Shown here one piece after another: positions 49,615-63,440 of a stretch of DNA of 64,000 nucleotides (within the stretch, counting starts at the first letter, position 1; the number at the start of each line of letters is the position of its first letter). The DNA comes from Octopus sinensis. Its lineage: Eukaryota. The translations under genes were made by a program, and so were the position numbers. Where the stretch lies: contig NC_043007.1 in NCBI RefSeq assembly GCF_006345805.1, forward strand, positions 39,370,001-39,434,000, given 5' to 3'. Under the pieces are notes generated by a model. The model was not told the DNA's origin, did not search any database, and saw only the letters and a list, made by a program, of their open reading frames with translations.

Positions 49615-50004
49615 GGCGCAGGAGTGGCTGTGTGGTAAGTAGCTTGCTAACCAACCACATGGTTCCGGGTTCAGACCCACTGCGTGGCATCTTGGGCAAG
49701 TGTCTTCTGCTATAGCCCCGGGCCGACCAATGCCTTGTGAATGGATTTGGTAGACGGAAACTGAAAGAAGCCTGTCGTATATATGTATATATGTGTGTGT
49801 GTGTCTGTGTTTGTCCCCCTAGCATTGCTTGACAACCGATGCTGGTGTGTTTACGTCCCCGTCACTTAGCGGTTCGGCAAAAGAGACCGATAGAATAAGT
49901 ACTGGGCTTATAAATAATAAGTCCTGGGGTCGATTTGCTCGACTAAAGGCGGTGCTCCAGCATGGCCGCAGTCAAATGACTGAAACAAGTAAAAGAGTAA
50001 AGAG
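49615..50004 (+). mobile_element. Full-length family A SINE (best reference copy)
   Basis: ggcgcaggagtggctgtgtggtaag head; (TA)(TG) core; tail ending gactgaaacaagtaaaagagtaaag. Confidence 0.92.
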
Positions 50005-50039
50005 ATATAACTATTTACACTTTTTGAGGTAAATTATTC

Positions 50040-52740
50040 ATACGAAATGTTACTCTCTTTTGGAACGTGACTCTTCCACCTTTCGTTTTCCGTCAGGAGT
50101 TGTCTCATATCAAATAATTATTTTTGGTTCGCAAGGCTAGAGAAAGATGAAGTAATGTAGTTGTCAGGACTTCTTTTGTCTTCACTCCACCCCGTTCACA
50201 GAACTAGGAATCCCTCTGCTCAGTTACCTATTAGGGTAGCTTTCTTCCAAGAGGTTGCTAAACATATCAAGTTTGGATTCGTAAAACACGAAATGCAAAC
50301 CATCTAAACCGAGCTATTTTCTCCTTGTGCAACCACCCATCATTTCAAGTTTTCCAGTGACTGTTATCAGCTTTTCACAGCACCTGGTGTCTTCTGTAGC
50401 TGTTCTCATGACCACAGTAGCGTATATAAGGGAAATCAAGGCAGTAACTATCTGACAGCTGGAAGTTTCTGAGCAGGTTTTCGAGGCTTTTTCACCAATT
50501 CTCTTATGGCTAGCTCATCACCGTCTCATTGTGCATCTAAAATGCAGTCCCCCGATAGTAGAAAAACTGAGGAAAGCCTCTCGAAATCTGGTCGCCCTGC
50601 TTCTGTTGGAACATAGTACCATCTGAAAGTATTATCTTTGCTGCCGTTTAGTCCAGGGCAATTGACTTCCCGTCTGCGTCCAAGAAGATAGTCCTTACCT
50701 AGTGATCTCAGGATTTCCGGAATAACACCGAAAATGGGCGTTAGTGCTTGCGTTCTCGGATTCCTGATCTTGCTCATGGCTACCCCATCGATGTGTAGCG
50801 ATCTCAGATCATTGAACCGGTAGCTCCAGTGCAAGTAGATTTATACAGGCTGCTCTCATCACAACCATATATGCCGGACAAAGAAAATGGAGAGTTTATA
50901 TATGCTGGTCTTTTTTGAAGGCTGCAGGATGCTGTCTCCTCGTTGGTTAGGAGGAAAATATAAAACTGACGTTCTAAGACGTATTTGTTGGGATCTTTTT
51001 AAAAAAGCCTAACAGCGGAAGGATAACTCTTTATTAGCTGTCTGTATGTTTGTGAGCAATTTTGTTTTTACTCAGACTGTTGGGGTTCCTGGAACGAACT
51101 TCCTAAAGCCTCCCCGCCCCACTGATATGAATGTTTTTATTGCTGATCACCACTTTCATCAATTCAGTGTAGATCTTCCAAACGGTGAAGTTGTTGTAGG
51201 CAGAGTAGTGGTGTTGGTCTGATGCGCTTTGTCGATTTTTTGATGGAGATTGTTTTCCTCTTATTTGGTAATTGTGGCTGTAGTTGGGTATGTGATTTTC
51301 GTTCGAGCTATTATTGAGATTGCGATGATGGTATAGGGTGTTGTAATCACGGAGAACATCTAGCGCCCCTTTGACCACACTGGCTTTCACGTTGGGTTGG
51401 CGATTGTTCTGCAGTATCTGAGTAACGAACTGAGCGTGGGACTATGCGTAGTTGTGTTTGAATTTTGCTGTTGGGGGTGGGGAAAGCATTGCTGGCATAT
51501 TTTCTTTTCAATGAGATTTGGTAGCAGGGTCTGACTGTTGTTTTTCAATGCCTGACGGTCTTGTTGCTTCTGTTGTCGAATTAGATTTTTGTTGCTGCTG
51601 ATGTTGTGTATTCTGCTGATGTTGTGTATTCTGCTCTTGATACTGTTGCGATTTCAGTTGTTTTTATTCACCTTAGCTATTAGAGGAGGCACATGGCCTA
51701 GTGGTTAGAGCAGCGGACTCGCGGTCGAGGGATCGCGGGTTCGAATCTCAGACCGGGTGATGTGTGTGTTTATGAGCGAAACACCTAAGCTCCACGCAAC
51801 TCCGGCAGAAGGTAATGGCGAAACTTCTGCTGACTCTTTCGCCACAACTTTCTATCACTCTTTCTTCCTGCATCTTGCAGCTCATCTGCGACGGACCGGC
51901 GTCCGTCCTGGTGGGGAACCTATACGCCAAGAAACCGGGAAACCGGCCCTTATGAGCCAGGCATGGCTCGAGAAGGAACAGCTAACGACCTTAGCTATGT
52001 TGCTGTTGTTGATTTTGTTTAGGCTGTGGAGGACGGAGTGAATGCAGGTCTGTTACTCTTGTGCAGAGAAAGCTATAGATGTGCAGTGATGCTGCATACA
52101 TGGTGCTTCGGTTTTCTACCGTCCATCACAACCAACTGTTACGTTCAGTTTGGCTGTATGAGGAAGTCAGATATTTTCTCTGTTTTCAGATTCTGTACTT
52201 TTGGCCATCTCCATACCAATACCAGACCTTCCGTTCACTTGGTTAAATTCTTCTAATGTATAGGATGTTCCTTTAATCCTTTTTCTCGTCTCTTATGGCG
52301 GCTACCAACCACCATATGTTTATTTCTGCAGTAAAATCTTTTACCTTCACCAGCCTCTATCGCATTATCATTTACAGAAGCGATAGAAGGTGTTCGAACC
52401 TCTTTTCCAGGGGCAATTCTAATATCTATTGTTCCGAAACGCTTGCCTCAGGAGGTGAAAGTTTTATGATTTTAAATGCTTCTGAAGTATTTTTGGCTTC
52501 TTTTATGCGTTAAGTTTTAAAAATGACCAGTTTTCTTGTCCAAGCATCTACAACTGAAAGTACACCCGTTGTTATTTAAAACTCCTACTAGTTCTAATAA
52601 AAATTACATCGTCCGTTTCGTTTTACAATATTGTGGGCCTTTTAAATCATTCGCCGTCGGTAAAAGCAGCGGCGGTTGTGGTATTGGTTGTTGTGATGGA
52701 GTAATCCACTCATGTTCATGATACACTATGCTATTCTTGT
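50040..52740 (-). mobile_element. Tx1/L1-like LINE: ORF1 and AP-endonuclease remnants
   Basis: NDLRSL.ID.VA.S..R...(EN start) and FRWYYVP..AGRPDF..L...LSGD.ILD; degraded VVMDGRKP zinc-knuckle region near 52100; SINE inserted at 51685-51985. Confidence 0.7.
51685..51985 (+). mobile_element. tRNA-headed SINE with 11-bp TSD
   Basis: accttagctat at 51670-51680 and 51988-51998; head shared with 33832/58445, tail shared with 39600-39800. Confidence 0.88.
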
Positions 52741-52794
52741 TGATTGTGGTGTGCCAATGCTGGATACTTAAATGTTGAGGTTACTGGCAGAAAA

Positions 52795-53025
52795 GGCGGC
52801 GAGCTGGCAGAATCGTTAGCACGCCGGGCGAAATGCGTAGCCGTATTTCGTCTGCCGTTACGTTATGAGTTCAAATTCCGCCGAGGTCGACTTTGCCTTT
52901 CATCCTTTTGGGGTCGATTAAATAAGTACCAGTTACGCACTGGGTCGATATAATCGACTTAATCCGTTTGTCTGCCCTTGTTTGTCCTCTCTGTGTTTAG
53001 CCCCTTGAGGGTAGTAAAGAAATAG
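52795..53025 (+). mobile_element. Family B SINE monomer
   Basis: Complete head and body, ending gtagtaaagaaatag. Confidence 0.9.
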
Positions 53026-53029
53026 TTAT

Positions 53030-54290
53030 TAGGTGTCAATTTTGGGGAATATTTCATTGAAGTTGAATAAACAGGTGGTGTAATTGTAGCGCGTCTGCGC
53101 ATCAGCAGCCACGGAATGCCAAGCCTGCCTTCCAGAGGGCGCTGATAACAGGTGGGATCGCCTGACTAGTGGAACACATCCTTTCCTCATGAAGCAGAAA
53201 AATAGGTGCTCTAGTCTGGTTAAACAAAATCTGAGACAAGGCACCATGGTCAGGCGGTAAATTATTATGGAGGTGATGTAGGCATTCGCCACATCTGCTT
53301 GACTTTTCAGGGATAGCTCCCTCTCAGCCCATTTCTGAGTGAGGCTGACCACCCTGCTCGCAGCCTGTCCACCTGGAGGTCTGGACCAAGGCAACCTTTG
53401 AGCCATTTAGCTACTCCGTTTGGCCAGCGACCTACTAGAGCGATCGATGGCATAGACTTGCCTTTCCAACTTGTCTTCTATCTTTGCTCCTGGAATCGAC
53501 TACTTGCGCATCCATGGTATTTGACTCCTCTATGATGATGTCAACTTGCATACGACGATACATTTCTCTTGCATTCTAGTTCAAAAGATATGCCCCTCTT
53601 GCAGCGTTAACACACCTCGGCTCACTGAACTGGGAATTCTCTCGTTTTGCTGCCAGTTGCGATAAACGTTTCCCTAAAGGTCGCCAAATAGGTCTGGCAC
53701 GTAACCATAAAACTCATAAGGCAGACCATCCAAACCGAGTGATTTGCATCTTTACCTCAATCGCTGTTATTTACCTTTCGCAGTGCCTTGTTTTTTCAGC
53801 TGAGAGCCGTTGCAGCGAATCGCAGTAGACACTAAAGTCCATGTCCATCTCTAATTTTTTGCTTGCTCTCAACAGTCGAGAGCAAAGCATTTCTGGAATG
53901 CTGCACAAATTTGCTTGGGACCGAGAAGCACTAGTCAGTCCTGGTTTACCAAAGACTAAATCGTGGCTTCGTTGACAAGTTGCGCTTATCACACGGTTTA
54001 ATTACCTCTTGTTTTAATGCCAAAACTCTAGCCCTGGTTACGAAACCTTCGTGTTTCACGTTGAAGAAATGGTTGGGAGCCATCCTTGCCGCTACCACAT
54101 CGTTCGCGATGCCTATGCTAATCGCCTCTTTAGGCTGGCTCATCAGCTCACCCTCTCATCTACGTCTCTGTATCACTATCCCTTCACTAAGCGCTATTGA
54201 CTCACATTTGATCGTCCTCCTCAGGACGAATCGCTGTATGTACGAGACTTATTTCTGGTCATGCAAAATCACTTTACAAACAAACTTGCG
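53030..54290 (-). pseudogene. Tx1/L1-like reverse transcriptase remnant
   Basis: SRVVSLTQKWAERELSLK..A.VANAYITSII.YRLT.VPC...LEHLFF.F.RKG.VPLVRRS; decayed RT core upstream. Confidence 0.8.
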
Positions 54291-54319
54291 GATATGAAAA
54301 CACTTGCGAGCGCTCTTAA

Positions 54320-54352
54320 ACACACACACACACACAGACACACAGACACACA

Positions 54353-54401
<49 letters not shown>

Positions 54402-54788
54402 TCACTCACACATACACTCTATTCTATTTACAAAGACACATTAGACAAAACCAAAAGCACTAGCATAAACAACCTCACTGTGCGCGCGCGCACACACACA
54501 TTCACACACACATACATATACACACACACATACATATACACACACATAGTTACACACATATGTAGATACACTCACTCACACAGGCTCATACAAACATATA
54601 TACACATACACACACAGCTGCAGACACCACAGCATATATGTACATCACCACATACAATACTCACACAGAAATACACACACACACGCACATCTGTATGCAC
54701 TACACACATGCATATATACATACCCATAAATACACACACATACACACATATATGCACACATACACACATATACACTCACTCTATACAG

Positions 54789-54869
<81 letters not shown>

Positions 54870-54891
54870 TATATATATATACACACACACA

Positions 54892-54923
<32 letters not shown>

Positions 54924-55399
54924 CACACACTCACAGATATACAAACACAACCAAAGTACACACACACCTGTAAACTTGATAAATAAAACTGCAAGAAATG
55001 GTTATTTTTCCCAATGCCTTTCCTGATTGTCCATAACCATTATCTCTAGAATTGTTGCCACTTTGTCTTACTGAGAACAAGGAGGATTAGAACGGAAATA
55101 TTTTTGGCTTCTCTTTTCATTGAAGATTATCGGAAAAAAACTCAGACATCAGATTATCAATTCTAACGCTTCTTTCTAATCACACGCGCGCACAGGAATA
55201 CATACAAACACATATGCATAGACACAAACACAAACACAGACGCACATACAAACAAACAAAAATATGCAAACAAACAAACAAACATTTACATATCTTATAT
55301 AAATAACAATGCAAAACTTACATTCTTGTATATTTTCAAAATGCAAGCATACAAAAGTATTGACCCTTCATGATGTATACATACATACTACATATATAT

Positions 55400-55434
<35 letters not shown>

Positions 55435-55486
55435 TATGGACAGGTGCATCTGAACATATATGCAGTATAAGTACATATGTGTGTAT

Positions 55487-55520
<34 letters not shown>

Positions 55521-55894
55521 ATATCATTATATATATATATATTTATAAGTATATATGTATGTATACACACACACTCACATATATATAGGTATATATTTTT
55601 ATATATGTACATTTCTATGTATGTATATATATATATATATATATGTATATGTACGTATAGGTGCATCTATAAACACACATGTGTGTGTATGTTTATGTAA
55701 ATATACAGTTAAAATAAACAATAAAAGTGTATGACCATACACTCACACATGCATACATTCACACAAACTAACAAATATGTATAAACATCTATAATGATAT
55801 ACAGATATGCACACACACATACACATATACATAGCTAGACTCATATACCAAAATATACAAATACATACACATACATGCATATAGACACACACAC

Positions 55895-55935
<41 letters not shown>

Positions 55936-56290
55936 GCACACGCATTTATATACATACACGTACATATACATATGCATACATATACATTACACATATATAT
56001 ATACATACATATCTCTATGCAGATATGTATATCTTGCTGTTAATCCATTTATTATATTTACTTTAACCAAAATATATCTACTGCAAAAGATACTGGAATC
56101 ACCGTTCTCTCATTCTGGCAGGAATCAAGTCTGCTACTTTTGTTTACCATTTTTAGTAGGAATATTTTTCTGGTTTTCTTTTTTTCTTTTTTTAATGTCT
56201 TTTATCTTTCATCTCAGACAGAGATAATAGATTTTGAAATACAATTTTCATATATTGAGCATATATATGTCTTTCCTTAAATTATTTAAT

Positions 56291-56333
<43 letters not shown>

Positions 56334-56585
56334 GACATATACTTATACACACACACACAAACACATATACATATATATGCATATATGCACATAATCATAT
56401 ATATATATATAGATATATCTTGCATATACACACACACACACGCACACACACATATATATGTATGATGTATGTATATGCATTTAAACTTATATATGTATAT
56501 AGATATACAACACTCACACACATGTATATAGATATGTCTATAAACACTCACTCACAGATATATATATATATATATATATATATAG

Positions 56586-56618
<33 letters not shown>

Positions 56619-56770
56619 TATATATTTATATACACATACATACATGCACACACACGCACATATAGAATGCTGGTATATGTATATATGTATACATATATAC
56701 GTGTATGTGTAATATATATACTATGTGCATATATATATACACATGTCTATCAACATACAAACACATAAGC
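54320..56770. repeat. Very large (CA)n/(TA)n compound microsatellite region with short unique islands
   Basis: Direct reading. Confidence 0.9.
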
Positions 56771-57262
56771 ATACCACACACATGTATAAAAAAGAATAAA
56801 GAGGGAAAGAAAGAAGTTAGTAACAGAGATTATTGAATATATATTTTATTTATATTTATGTATCTTTATTTTATATAGTTTTTTTTTCCTAAATTTTACT
56901 TTCTATCTATATTTATCAGTACCAATTTCTATTTTACATACTTATTTGCAAATGTCAGAATAAAGAAACTAAACTCCAGACATCTTTAGTTCCTCTTGAA
57001 GGTTTAATGGAATAGATTTATGCGAAGTGAAGAATGGTGAAGCCACAGCAATCCAATAAAATTCTATTAACAGGTAATGTAGTTATTCTGTGTGTAAAAG
57101 TAATGTTTATCAGTCTTCAATGCCACATACAAACAACTTAAATCCTTCATAGAGGCCTGATGCTGTAATGTGGTGTGATATGTATGTATGTATGCATGCA
57201 TGCATGCATGTATGTATGTATATGTATTAATAAGTGTGTATATGTGTGTATATGTGTTTGTG

Positions 57263-57299
<37 letters not shown>

Positions 57300-58444
57300 G
57301 TGTGTTTTAGCGATACAAGAGTCCATAAATCGGGTTGCCATAATTCATTCCATAATGGTTACCTCTGAAGAGTAGAGGGTTACATAATCGGACTGTTACA
57401 TAACACTCTGTTGAACCCATAGTGCAAAACCAATTGGTAAGATCAGCTGTAATGGATATATAAAACTGTATACTTCGATTAATATATATATATATATCAT
57501 CATCATCATCATCATCATTTAGCGTCCGTTCTCCATGCTAGCATGGGTTGGACGGTTCAACTGGGGTCTGTGAAGCTGGAAGGCTTCATCAGGCCCAGTC
57601 AGATCTGGCAGTGTTTCTACGGCTGGATGCCCTTCCTAACGCCAACCACTCTGTGAGTGTAGTGGGTGCTTTTTACGTGCCACCTGCACAGGTGCCAGAC
57701 AGAGCTGGCAAACGGCCATGAACAGATGGTGCTTTTACGTGTCACCGGCACGTATATATATATATATATATATTTCAAAAGATTTAACAAAAGTATAACA
57801 AAGGAAAATTCGTAGGTAATTCCTCATTAATCTACATGCAAAATATCTTGGCAATTTCATGTCCTTTATCATTGATATTGTTCACTTGTGGTGGTGCCAG
57901 TGACAAAAAGCCACTAGGAATAGCTATCGAATGCACAGGACAATCATGAAAACAAAGATGACAAAATAAAATAATTATAATAAATATATATGCAACAGGT
58001 GCAGGATTGGCTGTGTGGTAAGTAGCTTGCTTACCAACAACATGGTTCTGGGTTCAGTTCCATTGCAGGAATTGAAACCATGATCTCTCAATTGTGAATG
58101 CAACATTCTAACCACCAGGCCATGTGCTCTCAACTGTCCTTCCCATACAATCTTTCCAAGCTACCCCTCCATATCTCCCATACATCCACTCCACTCCTAC
58201 TCATTTTGTGCCTTTGTGGGACCCCCTGGACACCTGATCACCATTCATTCTTGTGGCTCCTTCTGATCATTTTTTTTTTCTTTTCTGGAAGACACTTGCC
58301 ATTTTCTTTGTAGTAGAAGACACTTGCCCAAGGTGTCACCTTGGGATTGAACCCAGAACCATGTGGTTGAGAAGCAAATTTTTTAACCTCACAGCCATGC
58401 TTGTACCTGCACTATTTACTAATTTATAAACTCACCAATAATAT

Positions 58445-58826
58445 GGAAGCACTCCGTCGGTTACGACGACGAGGGTTCCGGTTGATCCGAATCAACGGAA
58501 CAGCCTGCTCGTGAAATTAATGTGTAAGTGGCTGAGCACTCCACAGACATGTGTACCCTTAACGTAGTTCTTGGGGATATTCAGCGTGACACAGAGAGTG
58601 ACAAGACCGGCCCTTTGAAATACAGGTACAACAGAAACAGGAAGTAAGAGTGAGAGAAAGTTGCGGTGAAAGAGTACAGCAGGGATCACCACCATCCCCT
58701 GCTGGAGCCGCGTGGAGCTTTAGGTGTTTTCGCTCAATAAACACTCACAACGCCCGGTCTGGGAATCGAAACCGCGATCCTATGACCGCGAGTCCGCTGC
58801 CCTAACCACTGGGCCATTGCGCCTCC
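58445..58826 (-). mobile_element. Young tRNA-headed SINE with 12-bp TSD
   Basis: caccaataatat at 58433-58444 and 58828-58839. Confidence 0.9.
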
Positions 58827-59303
58827 ACACCAATAATATACATAATATATCTCTTTGAAAATGATTTCAACCACCACCCGCAAAGACAAATGAGGGAACT
58901 AAGAATGGATTAGGCTCAACATTTTATACTAATCTTATCCTGTTGTAATTCCCCTCACTGCAAGCCTCCTATTGTCTAACTGATAACACAGCAAGGACAT
59001 AATAAGACTTGAATGGGGGAAGCTGTAGATTGAAAATTCAGTTTTCCTTCAGGCTAGACTTCACAACTGTGTTTAATATATATAATCTGTTTTTGTTTTC
59101 TTTAAATTTTATTTATTTAACACCTCATAACAATAAACAATATAAGCAAAATTATTTACTTATAACTTTGGATAACAGGAAAAAAAAAAAAATTTTCTAC
59201 ATTTTTATTGATTTTTTTTTTTTCAAAAAAATAAAACTCTTATAAGAGAAAAATACATAAAAATACTAATATAAAAATCTATTGAAAATGATTTTCCTTG
59301 CAG

Positions 59304-59315
59304 AAATCAATGTTG
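59304..59315 (+). other. Candidate 12-nt micro-exon
   Basis: actaat...attttccttgcag | AAATCAATGTTG | gtgagc. Confidence 0.35.
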
Positions 59316-59529
59316 GTGAGCGTTTTTCTTTTGGTTTTTTTTTTGTTTTTTTTGTGAGAAAAAGAAAATTCTAGTAAAGAAGCATTATTTATTTGAAACA
59401 AAACATTTAAAAAATTTATTTCATTGGTTTCTAACCACAGAGGTACACAGTTATACAATATACATAATCTCTTCAACACTATGATGATATTAGTAATCTA
59501 TTATTATTATTATTATTATTATTATATAA

Positions 59530-59964
59530 TAAGGCAATGAGCTGACAGAATTGTTTGCACACTGGACTGGATGGAATGCTTAGTGGCATTCCACAGAGGG
59601 CAACTTTTCCTTTCATCCTTTCAGGGTTGATAAAATAAGTACCAGTGGAACACTGGGGTAGATGCAATCAACTCTTCCCCATCTCACCCAAGCTGCTCTC
59701 GTGACAAAAATTTGAAGTGATAATTATAATTATTACTATTATAATAAGGCAGTGAGCTGAAAGAATCATTAGCATGCTGGATGAAATGCTTAGTGGCACA
59801 TTCTGAGTTCAATTTCCACTGAGGTTGACTTTGCCTTTCATCCTTTTTTTAGGGAGGAGGGGTCGATAAAATAAGTACCAGTCAAATAATGGGGTCAGTG
59901 TGATTGACTTACCCCCTCCCCACAAATTTCGGGCCTTGTGCCTATAGTAGGAAGGATCATTATC

Positions 59965-60001
<37 letters not shown>

Positions 60002-60507
60002 TATTATTATTAATATTAAGGTGGCAAGCTGGTAGAATCGTTAGTGTACTAAATGCAATACTGAGCAGAATTTTGCCCATCACTATGTTCTGAGTTCAAC
60101 TTCCTCCGAGGTCGACTTTGCCATTCATCCTTTTGTGGTCAATGGAATAAGTACCAGTGAAACATAAGGGTTGATATAATCGACTAGTTCTTCACCCCAC
60201 AAATTTGAGGTCTTGTGCATCCAGTAGAAAGGATTATAATAATAATAATAATAATATTAATAATTATTATTATTATTAAGGCAGAGAGCTGGAAGAACCA
60301 TTAGCATGCCAGGCAAAATGCTTTAGCAGCATTTCATCTGTTTTTGTGTTCTGAGTTCAAATTTTGCTGAGGTTGACTTTGCCCTTCATTCTCTCAGGGT
60401 GCATAAAAACAGTATCAATTTTAACACTGGGGTCTATGTAACTGACTACCCACTTCCCCCAAGATTTCAGGCCTTGTACCAACACCAGAAAGTATTATTA
60501 TTGTTAC

Positions 60508-60567
<60 letters not shown>

Positions 60568-61156
60568 GGTGGTGAACTGGCAGAATTGTTAGCACACTGG
60601 ACGAAATACTTAGTGGTATTTTGCCTGTCACTACATTCTGAGTTCAAATTCAACCGAGGTCGACTTTGCCTTTCATCCTTTCAAGGTCGATAAAATAAAT
60701 ATCAGTTGGTCACTGGGGTGGATGTCATTGACTATACCCCACCCCACAAATTCCATGCCTTGTGTTTATAGTAGAAAAGATTATTATTATTATTGAGTGA
60801 CAGAACAGTACATGCCATGTAAGTGACACTGGGGTACAAATATATGAAGCCCAATATACCCATCATGACTACCCGTCATGACTTCACCAGGCACATGCAT
60901 CACAACCATATGTGTTTGACACTGTGACCTCATATCAAGATAAACAGCATATGATCTTGCAGATGGGGCCCAGTTAGAATTTTCTTCAGGTTGAGTAGCC
61001 CATCCTGCTCAAAAGGTTTTTGAATAAGGTTTGTTTCCAGAGGTGAATTATTCAAACCCCAATGTATCCTTCATAACACATGGCTATGATGCTCCCCTAC
61101 TACACATGCTCATGATCAGAGAATCACATATCATCAGCCACGAAAGAAATGCATTA

Positions 61157-61223
<67 letters not shown>

Positions 61224-61225
61224 CA

Positions 61226-61259
<34 letters not shown>

Positions 61260-61782
61260 CATTATTATTATTATTAAAGCACCATCCGTTCGTGGCCGTT
61301 TGCCAGCACCGTCTGGCGCCTGTGCGGGTGGCACGTAAAAAGCACCCACTACACTCGCGGAGTGGTTGGCGTTAGGAAGGGCATCCAGCCGTAGAAACAC
61401 TGCCAGATCAGACTGGGCCTGATGCAGCCTTCTGGCTTCACAGACCCCAGTTGAACCGTCCAACCCATGCTAGCATGGAAAACGGACGCTAAATGATGAT
61501 GATGATGATGATGATGAAAGTGATGAGCTGGCATAGTTGTTAGCACATCGGATGATATACTTAGTGTCATTTCATTTGGCTCTTTACATCATAAGCTGAA
61601 ATCTTACCAAGGTCAAATCTGTATTACATCTTTTCAGGGTCAATAAAATAAATTAGGAATTGAGTCCCAGAGACGGTGTAACTGACTTGCTCCCTTCCCT
61701 CAAAATTGCTGGCCTTTTTGTTAAAATTTGAAAGAATTCTTCTTCTTCTTCTTCTCTTCTTCTTCTTCTTCTTCTTCTTCTT

Positions 61783-61851
<69 letters not shown>

Positions 61852-62930
61852 GTTATTATTATTAGGTGGCAAGCTGTCTTCACATTCTGGGTTCAAATTC
61901 CTTTGTGGTCGCCTATGCCTTTCATCCTTTCGGTTTCAATAAAATAAGTACCAGTGAAACACTGGGGTCGATGTAACTGACTTATGCCCTCAACCCAAAA
62001 TTTTAGGCTTTGTGCCTATGCCTATAGTTGGCAGGATTACTACTACTACTACTACTACTACTATTGTTAAAGTGGTGAGCTGGTATATTTGTTGGCATAT
62101 CAGATGATATGCTTAGTGTCATTACATTTGGCTCTTTACATCATAAGCTGAAATCTTACCAAGGTCAAATCTGCGTTTCATCTTTTCAGGGTCAACAAAA
62201 TAAATTATGAATTGAGTCCCGGAAATAGTGTAACTGACTTGCCCCCCTTCCCTCAAAATTGCTGGCTTTTTGTTAAAATTTGAAAGAGTTATTATTATTG
62301 TTATTATTATTATTATTAGGCGAGCTGGCAGAATCGTTAGCACACTGGGCGAAATGCTTAGAACGTAACGGCAGACGAAATACCTATTTCTTTACTACCC
62401 ACAAGGGGCTTAACACAGAGAGGACAAACAAGGACAGACAAACGGATTAAGTCGATTATATCGACCCCAGTGCGTAATTGGTGCTTAATTTATCGACCCC
62501 GAAAGGATGAAAGGCAAAGTCGACCTCGGCTGAATTTGAACTCAGAACGTAACGGCAGACGAAATACGGCTACGTATTTCGTCCGGCGTGCTAACGTTTC
62601 TGCCATCTCGATGCCTTCAGTATGACACAGAATGTTACAGCACTGACCCTTTGAAATACAGGTACTACTCATTTTTTGCCAGCTGAGTGGACTGGAGCAA
62701 CGTGAAGTGAAGTGTCTTGCTCAAGGATATTATGTCCCTACTCCTCCCCGAGAATCTCGATTTTATGGTCGTGAGCTGAATGCCTTAACCACTAAATCAC
62801 GTGCCTTCTCATCAAAGATCTTTTCTACTATAGGTACAAGGCCTGAAAGTATTTTGGGGAAAGGGCTAGTCGATTAGATCTGGTACTTTGTTTATCGACC
62901 CCGAATGATGAAAGGCAACGTCAACAACAG
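59530..62930 (+). repeat. Cluster of about 8 co-oriented family B SINEs separated by (ATT)n/(TTC)n/(ACT)n tracts
   Basis: Copies start near 59530, 59745, 60020, 60280, 60567, 61500, 61865, 62070 and 62320. Confidence 0.85.
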
Positions 62931-63067
62931 CATTATTATCATGACCACCACCACCACCACCAGCAGCAACAACAACAACAATGGCAACTACAATAACAAC
63001 AATAAGCAACAACAGCAATTACAACAACAAAGACAGTAGCAGTAGCGATGACTAGAACATCAACAAT

Positions 63068-63240
63068 AGGCGTAAGAGTGGCTGTGTGGTATGTAGCTTG
63101 CTTATCAACCACATGGTTCCGAGTTCAGTCCCACCGTGTGGCACATTGGGCAAGTGTCTTCTGCTATAGCCTCGGGCCGACCAAAGCTTTGTGAGTGAAT
63201 TTAGTAGACGGAGACTGAAAGAAGCCCGTCGTATATATGT
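63068..63240 (+). mobile_element. Family A SINE head half
   Basis: Matches 49615-49785. Confidence 0.85.
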
Positions 63241-63440
63241 ATGTAATGTGACCGCGTGTGTACCGTTGGCGATTTTTTTCCCCTTCGTCTTCCCTTCTCT
63301 GGATCTTTCCTTTTCCTATGTTTCCTTTTCCTCTGGATCTTTCCTTTTCCTATGTTCCTTCCTGAGTGTCCAATAATACTATATTTGTTCCACGTCCTCG
63401 CGTTGTTGTGTTTTCTCTTTGTGTTTTCATGTTTGGATTA

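Noticed and set aside
54261-54986. 241-aa ORF and similar HT/YI/CV-rich ORFs throughout the window
   Set aside because: Translations of (CA)n/(TA)n/(TATG)n microsatellites.
54985-55100. Minus-strand exon candidate (RQSGNNSRDNGYGQSGKALG)
   Set aside because: Good acceptor but only a weak donor inside a (GT)n tract, and no supporting neighbouring exons.
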